Source: Utricularia gibba
Taxonomy: Eukaryota; Plantae; Magnoliophyta
Length of the DNA stretch: 64,000 nt
Direction: 5' to 3'
Assembly: GCA_002189035.1 (NCBI GenBank)
Contig: CM007991.1
Location: 5,283,416-5,347,415 of the forward strand
In this document: piece by piece, positions 24,601 through 36,270 of the stretch
Layout of the letters: every line of letters begins with the position of its first letter
Numbering within the stretch: the first letter of the stretch is position 1
The notes under the pieces: generated by a model
Seen by the model: only the letters and a program-made list of their open reading frames with translations
Database searches by the model: none
Told to the model about the DNA's origin: nothing
Made by a program: the position numbers and the translations under genes

Positions 24601-27600
24601 AATAAAAAAAAAGTAGGAAATGCAAGATCTGCAAACAGAAAATAGGGAACTGACCAATTCTAGTTACTACGTAAAACCCTTCATCACAGAGACCTCTCCC
24701 AAAAGAGAGCATAAGAGGCATAATTGTCTGCAAAATGTAACCAGACAGACCATGCTGAGCCAAGTCAGGTCAAGTTAATTAGGATAATTCAGAAAGATTT
24801 GCAAAACCGAACCTGCTGCACAGTAATTGGAACACCCAGCTCTTCACTGGAACCAATAAGAAGAACAGAGGCAGCAGTAGCTGAGGTTTTACATGTCTCT
24901 CCACACAAATTTGATACTATAATAGGGTGTACTAACACGAGGTATGCCTTAAGGCCTATTTTATTCCATATAAGCCTCATAAATGAATCTTGAAGAAGAG
25001 AGACCTTCAAGTGCAAAGAGCTGGTAGACTGAGAAAACGAGGTAGAACATGAGAAGCACGTGAAGAATAAAGGAATAAATATGCAAAATCATGATACTAA
25101 CCTGCAGTATTTTTTGCACAGACGGCAATAGAAGGTTCTTTACTACCTCTAACTCCAGGCATTTAAGAAATTCTGTAAGCAATAAATATGCCAGTTCAAC
25201 TTCAGAATCTGAGACTGAAGCCTCCAAAAGGGGTAAGCAAAAAGGAAGACATATTGCATCTGCCAGAGCTCCCATGGATTTTAGAGCTCCTTGATTTGCT
25301 ATAGTTCCAGCATAATAAAGACGTGATTCATCTTTTGCGAGAAGGTGAAAGGGAGCTAAAAATAGGTAAGAAGATCTGATGAATTTTTGAAAGAACGGAG
25401 AATCCAAAAGACATTTGGCAGAAGGCCTCCTAAAAGAAAACCAAAAAAAAAAAGTGATTTCAAAATGGAACTTGCGCTATTGATAAGGGTAAAAGAAAAA
25501 GAATGCATATTTTACATATTCCATTCTTTCTGAATGCATGCTTCAACAAAAATTTTGATAGAATAAGGAAGATCTTGCAATGATCTTGGTGGGACTCCAT
25601 TCTCCATGTATGAAGCAAATGAGTAAGAATCAAAAAGCGGCCTCCCCAATTGAATTTCAGCTAATATACATCCGACAGCAAATATATCACTAGCAGTTTC
25701 TTTGGTCAACGCCCTGGATGAATATGTCTGATTCCAGAGAAGTAGTTCAGCATACCCAGGAGAATCATTATGAGCTACGAGCAACTTCTCAAGCAGATGG
25801 TCCGTACCCATGAATGGTGATTGTGCTAATCTACCCAAAGAATTATAATCTTGAAGTGATGCACTTTCAGATGTGTCCCGAGCTGAAAAATTTTCATCAG
25901 GAATAATATTTGCAGAGTCACTCTTTCCAAAAATATACTCAGGGGCTAAATGGCATGAAGTCTGACAAAATGAAATTGTTTCCTCAAGTCTTCCTAGATA
26001 ATTTGTCTCTGAAGCATCCTTAGCTTCCAAATAATTCACCTCAGTTTGGGAATTTTTATTTTCCTGTGAATCCCTCTTAACAACTTGGCGTGCAGGGTGA
26101 GGGTGGACAAAAAGTTGACGACGCCCTGTTGACCTTGGCAGTGATGAATTTGATGCTGGCAGCATCACATTCTTGGAAGCAATGGCAGCATCACCAGACA
26201 TTTTGTAGCCAAAGGTAATGTCAATCCAGTGGTGTAGTTGGGATGACACTCGATTGCTCTCCAAGGCATTCCGATGCAATCTAACAAACTCCTCTGAACT
26301 GACTGACCATGAGGGCAGAGCCAAATCAGGCATGCCAGGATGCAAAGACTGATATATACGTGGGTCACAGAAAAATTCAGGGATACATTCATCAGGAGTC
26401 CATTGATACAATCTTTGCATGCTGGAAGGATACTCATTTGGTTCATACACTGAACGGACAGCAGCTTGCAGAACATGCAGAGGTAACCTCCTGGCCTTAT
26501 AACTGCAGACAGCCAGTTCTGAGAGGCACTCCTCAGAGACATGATGAGGAGTTTCAGAGGTTGAATAGGTGAAATCCAGCTGTTCATCACCTTTTGTCAA
26601 ACGCCACTTGCTCTTAGTCAGATCTCTCCAACCAGCATCACTTTTTTCATCAGGTTTCACACTAAAATCTATGACCCAAGGCATGACCGTATAAAAAGTG
26701 TTATCACCCCATCTTCTTCCTGCTAATTTGTTCAAGACAAGAAGGTAATCAAAATTTGAAATCTCTCCTTTCCACCAACTATAGAAACTTGAATTCCAAT
26801 TCTCAGATTCAGAAAAACGTAGATCAGGACACAGAGCATGCGAGAAACAACCATCACTGCAAAAATTAGAAGTAGAAATACTGTGGAAATTCTCACATGG
26901 ATTTTCTTTAGAATTTACCATAAGTTTCTCATCAATTCTTATCCAACACCAGCATTTATTACTCACCATGATTTTTGAAGGCAATAAGTTCTCATGCGCT
27001 ACTCCTAAACCGTGCATATAAGACAGTGCTGAGAGAATCTGGTAAATCAAAAGTTGGATTCTCCAATCAGATTTAATAAACTGGGGAGCGTAGTGTAGAA
27101 TATTTTGAAGGCTATATCTCTTTTTGGGAAGAATCATACAAACTTGTCCGGATGATTTTAGCAAGGCCAGCACAGGGAGAATGTTTGGATGCCTAATGCA
27201 ACCAGGTACACTATTCTCCTCAAATGATGGAAAACCAATCAACCCAAGGAAGTTTATACTGTCACGCCCAGCATACTTTCCTGCTGTAAATTGAATTAAT
27301 GACTGCAAAATATGATCCTCAAGGGAACCAGAAGAGAAATGTAAAGAAAGTTCCTTGAATAAATCATACGACGCAGTGCCAATAGCAGCAACTGGGGCCA
27401 ATGAAGTGATGATTCTCGAGCAAGAAAACCTACTGAAAACGGAGCATTTTTCACAGCCCATAAGCAATGAGGTTCTTCTAACAGGTGAAAACTGGGTTTC
27501 ATGTGAAGTGGTATCGAAATCAGAACTTTTATCACAAGGCAATCTGAGATTGACCTCTGCCTGACCACTGGAAGCAATGTCACCACCTTCAAGCACAAGG

Positions 27601-28228
27601 TATTCATCACTGCAAAGGAGGTAACGGCCCATTTACTTCAGCTGAGCTGCATAAATACCTTGAGAACAAAATAGGAGGGTTCCAACGCATTGAGACTCAT
27701 AAATTGTACATGCAGAATTCACATTCTCATGCCACAGGATGAGGGTGCAAACCAGTATTTTGGGTCCATTCCAAATCATTCAACTAGAAAATAGATTAAC
27801 TTAATGCGATCACATAGCACCAGCCCCTAAGATGTCATCAAACTTATGCCTTTTTTTTTTCTCCGTCAGGAGGTTGAATGATGTATACAATATACTTAGG
27901 CCTGGCAATAAAACAGGGAAAGAATATGCATACATGTATCTAGCCAAGCAACTATCTTCATCATATGGCACGTAATTTAAGACAAATTGCTGACCGCCAG
28001 AACCTGGCACCTGCATCCAATTGATAAAACTATTACGCCCCTGCAAAAGAACACAAAATGCAGAAAACAGTGAATACGCATGGACAGCTTTGGGACCTGA
28101 ACAACCGCCTCAGAGCCACAAGGAAGCAGTGAATCCGAGAGACCGTGAACGAATGTGAGTCTGCAGGAGAAATCAGCTTCAACCCTTCGCTGAAGACAAT
28201 CGAAGCATGCACCCTTTTGACCTTCCAT
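21611..28228 (-). CDS. GFS12: BEACH-domain / kinase-like / WD40 protein GFS12 (BCHD-type), multi-exon
   Basis: Starts MEGQKGACFDCLQRRVEADFS. A 706-aa ORF (25512-27632) carries the kinase-like HPNILPVL motif and the BEACH domain (WWKGEISNFDYLLVLNKLAGRRWGDNTFYTVMPWVIDFS...WTPDECIPEFF...WIDITFGYK). WD40 exons include SGRVASCDGTLHIWN, AHDGYVTK and SSSLDKTLRVWDLR. Ends LVGTEDGYLKICC* with stop at 21611-21613. Confidence 0.93.
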
Positions 28229-28715
28229 TTTTCCAGAGTTATCTTTCGTTAATCACCAACTTCTTCCAATCATCAGAGCAGAGCAATCTGCTGCACGGTA
28301 GCCAGAGCTGGAGGAGGAGAGTGTCTTCGAAACAAAACGACGACGTGCAAGATAACTACTGGTAATTAAAAGAAAATTTCGAAGAAATTTCTAACTTTGG
28401 GCCTTGATGATCACAGGCCCGTGATAACTTTCTAAACTTGGGTCTTGATGGAAGTGCACGTACAAATCAAAGAGAACAACCGCAATCGACGTTCGGGCCC
28501 ATTTTGCGAGTGTTTTAACGATTTGATTTGAATTTGATGCTTTCCTTCTGTTCCTTGCGTTTGAACTGGAAGTCGGGAACGTTTCTTTGTTCGGTCGGTA
28601 CTCCATTGTCTGCAGACGAGCGCTGCTTTTGCTGGGCCTGGCTGCCTGGCGATTCATTCGCAATATCTTTATCACTACGCAAAAGAAGGGGTGATTAGCC
28701 GATCGCCTTGGGGCA
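28229..28715. promoter_or_regulatory. Short shared divergent promoter/5'UTR region of GFS12 and the mitochondrial carrier gene
   Basis: Only 487 bp separate the two head-to-head ATGs (28228 on -, 28716 on +). The region contains GGGCCC-type elements and CACGTA. Confidence 0.6.
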
Positions 28716-30226
28716 ATGAGTGTAGACGTGGCGGAAGCGGTCGCCCCTGAGTTTGCACTTTCTGACGCTGATATCAATTGGGGCAGGTCTATTCTTTTTT
28801 CTGGGTTGCTTTGCTTCCTGTGGGCAGTTTTTTTCTTTTTCCGTTTCGTGAGGTTTTAAAGAAATTCGGGAAACGCAACTGTTGATTAAGTATATTCATA
28901 AGCGGGCGTCGAACTTGTAGGTTGGATAAAAAGAGATTTCACATCACTGGGGCAATTCTTTTTACTCTTCAATCCGCTTTGATTCATCCAACTGCTGTTG
29001 TGAAGACGAGAATGCAGGTGGCTGGGTCTGATTTATGCCGAATGGGTGGATTATCTGTTTTTAGACGCATCATTGTCGAGGATGGAATCAAGGGTATTTT
29101 CAGAGGATTTGGTACATCTGCAGTTGCCTCACTACCTGGTCGTGTTCTTGCTCTAACTTCACTCGAGCTGTCCAAGGACTTGACGTTGAAGTACACAGCA
29201 GAGCTTAATATTCCCGAAGCAACCAGGGTGGGTGTTGCCAATGGTGTCGCTGGAATGGTTTCTAATTCGATTTCATGTGTCTACTACGTGCCATTGGATG
29301 TGGTGAGTAATATATTTCTCAGCAACCATTCTGAGCACTTTAGTTATTCACTGAGACTTGAAGTTCTGATTCCGAACACTTCAGTTATTCATAAGGAGCT
29401 TCTTTTATGCATGGCTATCTGTACATTCTCCGGGAAACTTTTCTCAACAAGTTCCATATCATATTTTCCAGATTTGTCAAAGGCTAATGGTTCAAGGCCT
29501 TCCAGGGAGTATACCCTGCAATGGACCCTTTGATGTGATTCACAAAGTGATGAAAACTGAAGGACTCCGGGGCCTTTATCGAGGCTTCGGACTTACAGCA
29601 GTAACCCAGTCTCCAGCTTCTGCACTTTGGTGGGGTGCTTACGGTAGCGCTCAACTTATGATGTGGAGGTAGCGTTTAATTATTTCCCTAGATCTGAGTT
29701 TGTTAGACCTCAGAGTTGTTTGATTCCGCGATCGACATCAGGGGCTTGGGCTACCAAGATTCTTCTGAAAAGAAACCATCTCATATGGAAATGGTTGCGG
29801 TTCAAGCCACAGCTGGAATGGTGGCAGGTGCCTGCGCTTCTGTTATCACTACTCCTATAGATACCATCAAGACTCGGCTTCAGGTCATTAATTGAGTGTT
29901 TGGGATGTTGCATGCATGCTAACAAGTGAATCTCCGCCGGATGTTATATTTTTATCTGTGTTGGTAGATAGGTTATTGACGATTATGGTGAAGGAAGACC
30001 TTCTGTGCTGAAGACCGCAAAGGCACTTGTCAATGAAGATGGATGGATAGGCCTGTACCGAGGATTTGGCCCCCGGTTCTTAAACATGTCATTTTATGGA
30101 ACAACTATGATTGTGACCTACGAGCTCATAAGTACGTTTCCTGCTTTTCTGTTTCACTGATCCCTCTCATGCTAATGCCTCATTTTCAATGTACATGCAG
30201 AGCGTTTATCCATAAAGAAAGAGTGA
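28716..30226 (+). CDS. Mitochondrial carrier family protein, SLC25A44-like
   Basis: MSVDVAEAVAPEFALSDADINWGR|LDKKRFHITGAILF...HPTAVVKTRMQV; carrier signatures PLDVICQRL and TPIDTIKTRLQV; GLYRGFG repeated. Exons approximately 28716-28786, 28921-29303, 29473-29669, 29740-29883, 29972-30130, 30201-30226 (KRLSIKKE*). Confidence 0.92.
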
Positions 30227-30613
30227 CGATGGTCAGTTCGGGGAAGACTGCAACGAGTTTATTTTGCAAGCAAAGCAGTAGGGCTTTTATGATGCAAGAG
30301 CACATGCACTGATTTGATGCTGCAGCATTCTTTAGAAATTTTGGAATCATAGGGAATCTTTCGTCTTCCGTTTACTGTTGCCAAGTAGATGAGAAGGTGG
30401 AGAGGAGCAAGTTAGAGCCTATGATTGTAAGCTAGATGTAACATGTTACAAGCAGAGGCTTATAATTGTAATGCATATATCTTACAACAACACTGTTCTG
30501 TTATTGAAATGGAATCACAATACTGATAACATCAGTATGAGGTGCTGCAGTGCATCAAGACTAGACAGCAAAGCAGTTTGCTCGAAAGCGGAAGTGAAAT
30601 GTGATCAGTGGCA

Positions 30614-31185
30614 TTAGGGTTGGAACATGGCGGGCTTGTAGTCTACCACAATCACTTTCTCCAGTTGAGGGAGCAAAATGTTTCCATACTCAACATGATG
30701 TGGGTGGACAAGATACTCTGCTATGCCTTGTGTGCTCTCGAATGTCGATTCAAAGACGTGTGTAAAACCCTGGTTCAAGTTCTCGATGCTTACATCTCTG
30801 CCCCTGTTGGAGTGCAAGATGTATGCGACTATTAGATAAGCATCGATTCCAGATACATAAATACAATCTCACAAGAAGCAGCAGCCCGACACAGTGATGA
30901 AAAGCATTTCCAAGACCTTTTTTTCAATTATGAAAAACACAAGTTCTTGATGGACGGAATACGCCCATCGATTATGAACAAAGGAGTTCTTTCTTTTTTC
31001 TTTTCAATCGGATCAGGATGAATAACAGAGATTCACCATCTGAAGGCCTTCATGGAAGGAATATGATCGACGAGGGCGGCGTATCCGGCGATTAAACTCT
31101 GGATCTGATCCTCTGTCAGCCCATCTTTGAACTTGGCGAGCAGAATGTGCTTCACCAATCCCTCCCCATTCCCACTCTCATCCAT
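30614..31185 (-). CDS. Stress-responsive A/B barrel (Dabb) domain protein, HS1-like
   Basis: Exon 1 31185-31037 MDESGNGEGLVKHILLAKFKD...IPSMKAFRW; exon 2 30803-30614 GRDVSIENLNQGFTHVFESTFES...HPHHVEY...LEKVIVVDYKP. An upstream in-frame ATG at 31242 could add 19 aa. Confidence 0.9.
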
Positions 31186-31410
31186 TATCCGTCCACTTCC
31201 TTCTTCCCCCTCCTCTGAATGGATCCCACCAATGGAATCCATCCTGGTCAAATGGCACCCATAAATCTTTGGTGTCCGATTTAGAGTCAATTTTTTAACT
31301 CTTCATTTCACTTATTTGAAATTAAGGTATAATCAAGTTCTAATGTTTTAAAATTAAATAAAATTGATCTTTATTATTTTAAAAAATAATATCTTGAATC
31401 CATGACTCTT

Positions 31411-32565
31411 TGATAATTGATTTTGTATAGTTTCAAAACATATACTCTTATTATTATTAAGTGTTATTTTTACGAAATGCACATTCCAATTTCTTATTAT
31501 TTTCAAAAAATTTTACATATTTTGTATCATTTCTACTTTTTTTTTTGGAAAGAAATTATATATTTTGGATTTTTAGAATATTTTTGAATCAATTTGAGGA
31601 GAAATCAAAATCCACCAATATATGGGTTTAATGGGCTACGAATCTCATCCCAATACTCGATCAAATGATGGAAATTTGGTCTAAGATTCATAAATAAAAT
31701 AAATATTTGAAAATAATATTGAAAAATCTAAATAAAAGATTTAAATAAAAGATATTATTTAAATCCATCAAACAAGCAAAATACGAATAATTGGATCTCA
31801 TCTCCTATAAATACCCCATTCATTTAATCATTAGAGATGTTTTTTAACTATGTTTCCTTTGTATTTTTTTTTCTCTTTTTGTTTATTTTCATGTTAGAGT
31901 CAAGTATACATGTGTAGATGCTTACGATTAAGAATTAATGATAAAGCCTTGTTTGCACAAGTCCTGTGCATATGACCATTTTCTCATGTTATTCAACATT
32001 TAATTTAGGTTTTGATTCTATTTTTCGTAATATTTTCTTTATCAAAGTGCTTTTTAATATTACATAATTCTAAGAGAGTGTGAGATAATCTAAGATTAAC
32101 TTTAAGCATCTAAAAGAAGGTTTTAATCAGACATTATTGATAAGACACATTTTATTTAATTTATCTACAAGATGTGAGTTCTAGGGGTTAGAATTTAGTT
32201 TGAAGAAAATATGGGTTATCACAATAGGTGAAATGGCTTTGGTGGCGTAATTGATTCTATAATTCCACTAAACGAAAGACGATATTATAATAGTCATCAA
32301 GTAGCACTATTTTAAAATAATATCACGAGAACTTGTACAAGTAGATCAATTATCAAAGTTTACACACATAAGTATGCGTGAGTTTTGAGTAAGGTAGATC
32401 CTAGATTCAAAATCATTTTTTATGTTATTTTTAAAACCAATCTTTTGTTTTGTTTTCGGTCTTTTTAAACCATTGTTTTAAAAAAAATTTCAATAACAAT
32501 TCTCTGTAGATACAATCTTATTTTATTACTTCAATGATTTCTGTGTACTTGCAGAATTTCCATCA
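31411..32565 (+). mobile_element. Solo LTR, same family as 17589-18732 (opposite orientation)
   Basis: Starts TGATAATTGATTTTG and ends ...GCAGAATTTCCATCA. Segment 32180-32565 aligns with the reverse complement of 17589-17970. The flanks CTCTT / CTTCT are only an imperfect TSD. Confidence 0.8.
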
Positions 32566-32590
32566 CTTCTTACAATCTCTCTAAGATAGA

Positions 32591-33850
32591 TGTTAAGTGT
32601 ATTAATTTTTATGTAAGTTCTATGCAAAAAAAGATTAGAGTCATCCAATTAGGAGTTTATATATTTTCTTTATAAAAGTGTAATTTTCCTTATTAGTGTA
32701 TATTTTTCTTTTAGGAGTATTGCATGATCAACCTTAAAATGAAAGAGGAAAGAGATAGAAAAAATGTTTGTCATACTTCTCGTGAGAGGACAAGACTCTA
32801 ATAATGGATCATGATATGTGAGCCTGAATTGTGGTAGGCATACAAGTGATTGTTGTAGCTTTCTTCCATGGGGGAGGAATGTGAAGAATTTGAAAGCTAG
32901 AGGAATGTGAAAGTGGGATTAGGTTTTGGAATTTTTTACTTTTCCCTAAAGACTATTCATGAGTTGAAGACTTCTACTTGTGGTTTAGAAGAGGAACTAG
33001 GTGAAGACTATTGTCTCCAACTCTTTTGGTTTAAGGGAGATAATGACTTGTTTGTAACTAATTCAATCTTCTATAGATAAATAGTGATGTTATATCTAAG
33101 TACTTTGGTTATTGATAAGATTTGGGCACATGTAAATAATTCATTTTGGAGTCAAAGTGTGGTAATTCCCATTATTTCCATGATCCTTATGAGGGGTAAT
33201 CACAAGAAGCAATTCCGTTATTCTACTACTGATAGCACATATTTGTGAGTATTTTAAGATATGAAAAATAATTAATATTTTATTATAAAACTCGGATTAT
33301 ACTATTTGTTTCTATATTTTTGGAATAATGAAAAAAGAGAAGACTATCCCCCCATTGAAGAACATGTCACACAAAATTCTGAAGGGGGGGGGGGGGATCT
33401 AGAGGAAAAACTCACAAGATGAACAAAGAAGACAAACCAGAAACAAAGCTCACTTTTGAAAACTTCTTTGGCTATGAAGGACAATATTCATAGAATAGTG
33501 TTAGCTTTCTCGTGCTACTGTTTACGATTCCAATTTCTACTTATTTTGTAGTTTCTTTTCTTGCTATCACGTGGTGGAACAAAGATGGTTTTCCTATAAC
33601 ACAATGAAATTGTTTTCGTTTCCCTTAGTATGAGTGGCTAGGCAATTAGATGTGCATTGGAACAAAGGGGGATGAGCATGCTTATTATTCACTAGACTAC
33701 ACCTCCACTTAATTACTTTTCTTCCTTAACAAACCAAGATAGATTCAGGAGAGGGAGGTAGTGGATTTCATCATAAACAACCTTAATTAGAGGTAGATAA
33801 AAAATTAGGAAAAAACAAGGGTTTGGATAGACTTAAGTCTTTGCTTGTCA
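32591..33850 (+). repeat. Possible degenerate LTR-like sequence
   Basis: TGTTAAGTGT...GCTTGTCA (TG..CA) with LTR-like internal composition; no TSD found. Confidence 0.3.
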
Positions 33851-33876
33851 GATGAATGATTTTATGTTTGGATGGT

Positions 33877-36270
33877 TAGAGGCGGGCCTAGGTAGGGGCT
33901 AAACTGGGCTTCAGCCTAGTCCAAAAAAGTTGAAAAAAATTATTACCCCCTTTCCGAATAGGAGTCGGAGGCATGTGGTAAGTGCAGGCGATAATTGTAG
34001 ACGATAGGAAGGGCATTGTTTCAGAAATCGGATTAGTCCCGTGTTTTAGTCATTGGGTTTGCCCCATTCAGAACAGGCAAAGGTGGCAGGTCAGCAGCAG
34101 GAGGGGCATTGTTTTAGAAATCGGAATAGTCATGTGTTTTAGTCATTGGGTTTGCCCATTCAGAACAGGCGAAGGTGGCAGGTCAGCGGCAGGAGGGCCA
34201 TTATTTCAGAAATCCGATTCATCCTTTCTTTTACACTTTAGTCATTGGGTTTGTTTTGTACCCCTCCAATTTTGTGTTCTTATTTTTACTCCTTATCTTG
34301 GTTGATATTTTGTACTTTGTAAATTGAGTGTATTTTATGTTCTAGTTGTATATTTTCTTTGTTTTGAAAAGTTTATGATTTTCTTTTTTATTCAACAATG
34401 TGTTTTTTTATTGAATAGGTGCAAATTACAATGGCTAAAAATAAGACCATTGATTTCTTTTTCAAGAGAAAAAGAGATGATGTTATTAGAGAAGAAGATG
34501 TTGTTGTTGATGTTGCACAAATATCTCATTAGAAATGAGAATTTGCAGTCACAGAATGAACAAGAACAAGTGGCTGATTACCCTAAACAAACTGAAATAC
34601 GTTTTGAAGGAATAGAAAGTCTTGTAAGAGATCCGGGAAGGCGATCACAGATATGGCAATATCCAGTTCATCAACAAGATGAAGTTCGCAGAGCATATAT
34701 GATATTGGGTTCTATGCAGCCGTTGTTGAATGAGTATAAAAGCATTGTTTCAGGGAAACAAAATAGACGTTTTCATTATTCATGGTTTCATAAATTTGGC
34801 TCTTGGTTAGAATATTCAGAAAGCAAACATCGTGCATATTGTTTTGTATGCTTTGTATTTGGTAAACAAGGAACAAATCGATCTGGTTCTGATGTCTTCA
34901 CAGTTCATGGTTTTCAGAATTGGAAGAGAGTGAATGATGGAAAGAAGTGTCCTTTTTTTATTCACATGGGAAATACTCTATGTTCTCAGCATAATAATGC
35001 AATGAAAGCATATATTGCATTGAAGAATCCTAATGCACAGGTGGAAAATGTTATCCAGGTGCATAGTAGAGAAGAAAAAGAAAGAAGCCGATTACTTTTA
35101 AAAGTTTCTATTGCTGCAGTTAAGTGGCTTGCTGATTAAGGTTGTGCATTTCGAGGTCATGATGAAAGTATACAATCAAGGAATCGAGGTAATTTTCAAG
35201 AGCTTATTCAATTATTGGTTGATTTCAATCCTTAAATTGATAAAGTTGTTCTTCAAAATGCTCCTTCAAATTGTAAGTGGTACTCACCTATTATTCAAAA
35301 GGAGATTTTGAGTATTTATGCTACTATGATAAGAAGTCATATTCGTGAAGAATTAGGCGATTCAAAATTTTCTATTATTGTAGATGAGACTTGTGATGTG
35401 GCAAAGCAGGAACAAATCGCTTTGATTCTAAGATTTGTTGATAAGAATGGAGTTTTGCAAGAACATTTCTTTGACTTGATTCATGTAAGTAATACCAAAG
35501 CTGTGACTCTTAAGAAGCATTTGAGTTATGTTTTAGCTAATCATTCTCTTGATGTGAAAAATATTCGTGGTCAAGGTTATGATGGTGCTAGCAATATGAG
35601 AGGGGAGCTGAATGGACTTCAAGCTCTTTTTCTAAAAGAATGTCCTTATGCATATTATGTGCATTGCTATGCACACTGTTTGCAACTTGTCTTAGTTGCA
35701 GTCTCAAAAAATGTTCCTCCAGTTTTTCAATTTTTCCAAAAGTTGAATTTTATTATAAACACTATTGATTCATCATCAAAAAGACATGATGAACTTCGTG
35801 ATGCTCGAGTTGCTGAGTTATCTAATTTGCTAGCTATCAATGAGCTTGAGACAGGTCGAGGAGCTAATCAAATTGGTTCCTTACATCGTCCAGGGGATAC
35901 TAGATGGAGTTCTCACTTGTATTCTATTTGTAGTCTTATGGAGATGTTTAACTCAGTTTCTTCTGTTCTTGAAAATATTAGTAATGATTCAGTTGGTTGT
36001 ATTCGAGCAGATGGAGATACAGCTTCTGGTTATCTATTATCTTTTGAGTTTATATTTATCTTATGTTTGATGAGTGAAGTATTAGGGATTGCTGATTTGC
36101 TTTGTCGAGAATTGCAGAAAAAGAAACAAGATCTAGTTAATGCTATTCATTCAATAGCAACTACAAGAAAATTGCTACAGAGAATGAGAGATGATGGTTG
36201 GATAGCTTTCTTTAACAAAGTTGTTGAGTTTTGTAAAAATCATGATATTGATGTTCCAACTATGGATGAG
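33877..36270 (+). mobile_element. 5' half of a hAT transposon (ZMYM1/DUF4371-type transposase pseudogene), interrupted by an LTR element
   Basis: Left end TAGAGGCGGGCCTAGG at 33877. Transposase motifs: RRFHYSWF..FGSWLEYS...AYCFVCFVF (TTF-type Zn finger), AFRGHDES, FSIIVDETCDVAKQEQIALILRFV, RGQGYDGASNM, YVHCYAHCLQL, GDTRWSSH. In-frame TAA stops at 35137-35139 and ~35234. The ORF is cut at ...PTMDE (36270). Confidence 0.9.
34011..34255 (+). repeat. ~92-93-bp tandem repeat (about 2.5 copies) in the hAT subterminal region
   Basis: The unit GGGCATTGTTTCAGAAATCGG...TTTTAGTCATTGGGTTTGCCC...GGTGGCAGGTCAGC recurs at ~34011, ~34104 and partially at ~34196. Confidence 0.85.

Noticed and set aside
31186-31242. 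In-frame upstream ATG adding 19 aa to the A/B-barrel protein
   Set aside because: The extension is acidic/Gly-rich, unlike a transit peptide, and homologues start near the second ATG; cannot be decided without TSS data.
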